DNA from: Pavona decussata
Taxonomy: Eukaryota
Reading direction: 5' to 3'
Length of the DNA stretch: 64,000 nucleotides
Assembly (NCBI GenBank): GCA_977016875.1
Contig: CDRNST010000013.1
Span: 992,001-1,056,000, forward strand
Shown: positions 61,199 through 64,000 of the stretch, piece by piece
Position numbering within the stretch: the first letter of the stretch is position 1
Layout: every line of letters begins with the position of its first letter
Translations under genes and position numbers: made by a program
Notes under the pieces: model-generated
The model's database searches: none
What the model saw: only the letters and a program-made list of their open reading frames with translations
What the model was told of the DNA's origin: nothing

Positions 61199-63011
61199 GT
61201 AAGCTCAATAACCCAGTAACTGTTCATATCTTTTTAAACATCAGTGTAAACGTGCTAAACACCACCATAAGACTGCTGGGCCGGAATATTCAGCTGAATA
61301 TTGCCTGTCAGTGAAGAAAGAAAATTAGAAAAAGTAGCTAACATAAGACTGCATAAAGTAAGATCAAAGTCGATTACGAGGTAAGAAAGTTTTCATGTCC
61401 GCCTAAGGAGCAGCTTTCACCATTTTTGTTTACGAGATGGGTGTTAAGGTTTGGCGCACGTTTTTTATTACCGATTTTTATCGATGTGATAAGAAAGTTT
61501 GTGATTATCGAGTAATCGATTAGCTTTTCGATGATCGATTTCGATCGATTAGATATGCCCTGATTTATAATATAGTTTTTCATTAGTATCCTTGTTGATG
61601 TTGCTGTTGTTTTTGTTCTTATAATTTGCATATTCACTGTAACTTGTCACACTTCTATCTTTGCAGAACGAGGTGATGAAGATCAGGAACCAAGCCTTTG
61701 TAAGTGCTTTTTATTTCATATTGAAAAATGAAATGAAAGTGAACAATGGTAAAGATATTTTTAAAGCATCAAGAGATACAAAAACAAATATTGGCAGTCC
61801 TTATCTTCTCTACATTATCTGTTATTGTTGAATATTGTTGCATGGGCTAAAGCACGAGTGGATGTTCTTCGATTACTTATAATATATCAAATTTTCCATT
61901 ATGACATTGCTGACGATTTATCCACTGTAGGAGTAATCACAGGTACGCTTAAAAATAACTAGACAATTGCAGCACGTGTAAAGCCTGGTTTTCACCACGT
62001 CGCAAGCACAAGCACAAGCATAAGTGCAAGCATAAGTAGCTTATGCCCAGCGAAAACAAACACTACGCAAACGAACGCAAGCATATACGCGCAAGCCCAA
62101 GGAGAAGGAAAGATTTTGATCCTTGCGCTTGTGCTTATGATTGCGTTAAGCCCGTTTTCACAGTGAAATAAGGGGTCTTGTGCTTAGGCTTGTGCTTGCA
62201 TGGCTAGTGAAAACCAACTAATATGTAAGCTAAAAGTAACAACATATCTGGGAAGGCATTATCAAGTTGCAACCGCATAACTCAGTCTCCAAACATGTGG
62301 TATCTATGGTATTTCCTTACAAAGAAATTCCCGTTTTTTTGCAGACAAGAATGTGTCAAGTAGGACAAACGAAGTCCTAAAATGCATTGAGGCAGTGGAT
62401 CTCTTCCATTTCCAACAAACACGTTTGAAGAGGTAGGCTGAGGCATGCAGTCTTACATACAATAATATTGAGATTTGCTGTTGTCTCAGTGCCCTGTTCC
62501 ACAACCATTTTAGACAAAAATTAAAGGTCTAGACAACATCTTTATCAGCTTTTTCTGTTTTCTCTTAAGTTCACATGGCAAGGTACAGAGGACTCAAAGG
62601 TCATGGTGGTTGTGCTCTTGCACTTCAATTGTTCTCCTCAAAGCAAGAGAACCTTAGTTTGGTGAGTTGCCTTTAAACATTGTCTCATAGTGTTGTCAGT
62701 AAATCGTGTATGGTTAAGTTCATGATCTAATTTAAAAGAGAAAAAGTTGATTCTTTTCTTGTGAACTAAACCCATGCAAAGGAAAAGGTAAATTATTCGA
62801 TTATATACAATATAATTAGAAATTAAAATACAACATGACTAACCAGTATACACAGATGTTCTTAAATAGTCATACAATACTGTAAATTAAAATCTTCAGC
62901 TGGTCCAAGCCTCAAAAAAGGGCATTTGAGAATGAATGCACTTATGTGAAAACAATATATTTGAAAAATTATGTGGATTAAAAAATGAATATAATGTGAA
63001 TGGTTGAATTA

Positions 63012-63082
63012 CGGTCACCTCGCCACCACGGAGTCTCGCCACCAGCCAACTCACCACCAAGTGAAGCCTTCTCGCCACCAAC
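63012..63082. repeat. CTCGCCACCA short repeat cluster, probably a transposon terminus
   Basis: Four copies of CTC(G/A)CCACCA after CGGTCAC; partner end not seen in the window. Confidence 0.35.
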
Positions 63083-64000
63083 GATGCACTTAATAAATCT
63101 AACACTAAACCACATTCGAGTGTAAGTTCAGTTGCTCACGTAAACGATCAGAAAGATCAGACTGTTCATGGTCACGATAGAGTATGATGGAATAGGGCTT
63201 GTACGATTGATCAAGGCGATGAACTGTTTACATGATAGATCGAGTCTAGGTTGTCGCTCCACGAGTGTTATTTGAGTGAAAATTCAGAGTACTGTTTATA
63301 TTATCAATCAGAACAACGAGTAAGAGCATCTGTTTTGATTTCATCGCAAATATGACTGAGTAGCAATAATGACCCACTTACCTGTGTATACTTAATTTAT
63401 TATTACCCAAATATACTCCCCAAATAATCTTTATCAGTTACAACTCATCGGTTCATAGTAGACTAACTACGATCAAGTTACTGTGTCTTTCAATAACATG
63501 CAGACTCTGAAGTTCAAGATTCAACCGACCTTAACACTTTTCACTCAGCCGTCAATCACTGCTGCGAACCTCTGAGAAAACAACAACGCTTGGCTGAATG
63601 GGGTCGGGTTTGTGCTCTGTGATTGGTGGATTTCGATCCAGTTTCCCGAATTAGCGGCTTACGTTTATTTTTTTCTCGCACCCTTACAGGATTAAAATGG
63701 TTGCTGAAAGAATTTTTGGTCATTAAGGATGACAAACAAATATTTGACCCCTTACACACGGCAGCTTATGGGGTGGAAGGCAATTTTTTTCGGCCGATGG
63801 TTGTCCTGACGGACTTTGAAGAATTAAACTCAGTTTAACGGCTGCGGTGTATTACAGTGATTTCGCACAACAAATAATCAAAAATGCGGCTGTATCCGAC
63901 TGAAACTATAATTTGATACATTTTGAAATATTCAGTTCTCGATATTTCACAAGGTAAGTGGAATTTACCATAAGTTTCTTAGTATATCGTTATTTTCATG

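Larger units (their letters stand above)
56847..61562 (-). mobile_element. P-element-superfamily DNA transposon, copy 2 (4.7 kb, internally deleted), carrying a CUT-domain gene
   Basis: TIR CAGGGGGTATCTAATCGAT versus right-end reverse complement CAGGGCATATCTAATCGAT (17/19 match); 7-bp TSD ATTTATA (56840-56846 and 61563-61569); 8 ATCGAT at left and 4 at right. Confidence 0.9.

Noticed and set aside
61667-61699. AG/GT-flanked micro-exon as continuation of the copy 2 CUT gene
   Set aside because: It lies outside the right TIR and TSD and has no homeodomain similarity; more likely part of the interrupted flanking gene

Overview
AT-rich, intron-containing animal DNA, probably cnidarian (coral-like; inferred from repeat style and gene content). 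The window is almost entirely nested transposable elements and their cargo genes. The main finding is two diverged members of one DNA-transposon family (6963-15249 and 56847-61562), each with CAGGG-starting TIRs and a perfect 7-bp TSD. Each encodes a P-element-type DDE transposase on the minus strand, with no visible THAP domain. Each also carries a divergently transcribed CUT-domain gene; in copy 1 this is an intact 5-exon CUT+homeodomain gene. All four element ends are packed with ATCGAT, the known CUT/ONECUT/CUX binding core. This suggests a two-component transposon in which a CUT-class homeobox protein recognises the element's own ends. Other contents: two BEL/Pao LTR retrotransposons (one full length with TSD); a Myb/SANT gene; a Penelope-derived 1.8-kb palindrome with hammerhead-like motifs; HECT-ligase cargo genes, one within a TIR element with an integrase-type HTH gene; a non-histone ORF ending in a histone stem-loop; hAT, RAG1/Transib-like and EnSpm-like transposase pseudogenes; BEN-domain and C76-like protease genes; several MITEs. 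All family calls come from motif recognition by eye; no searches were run.
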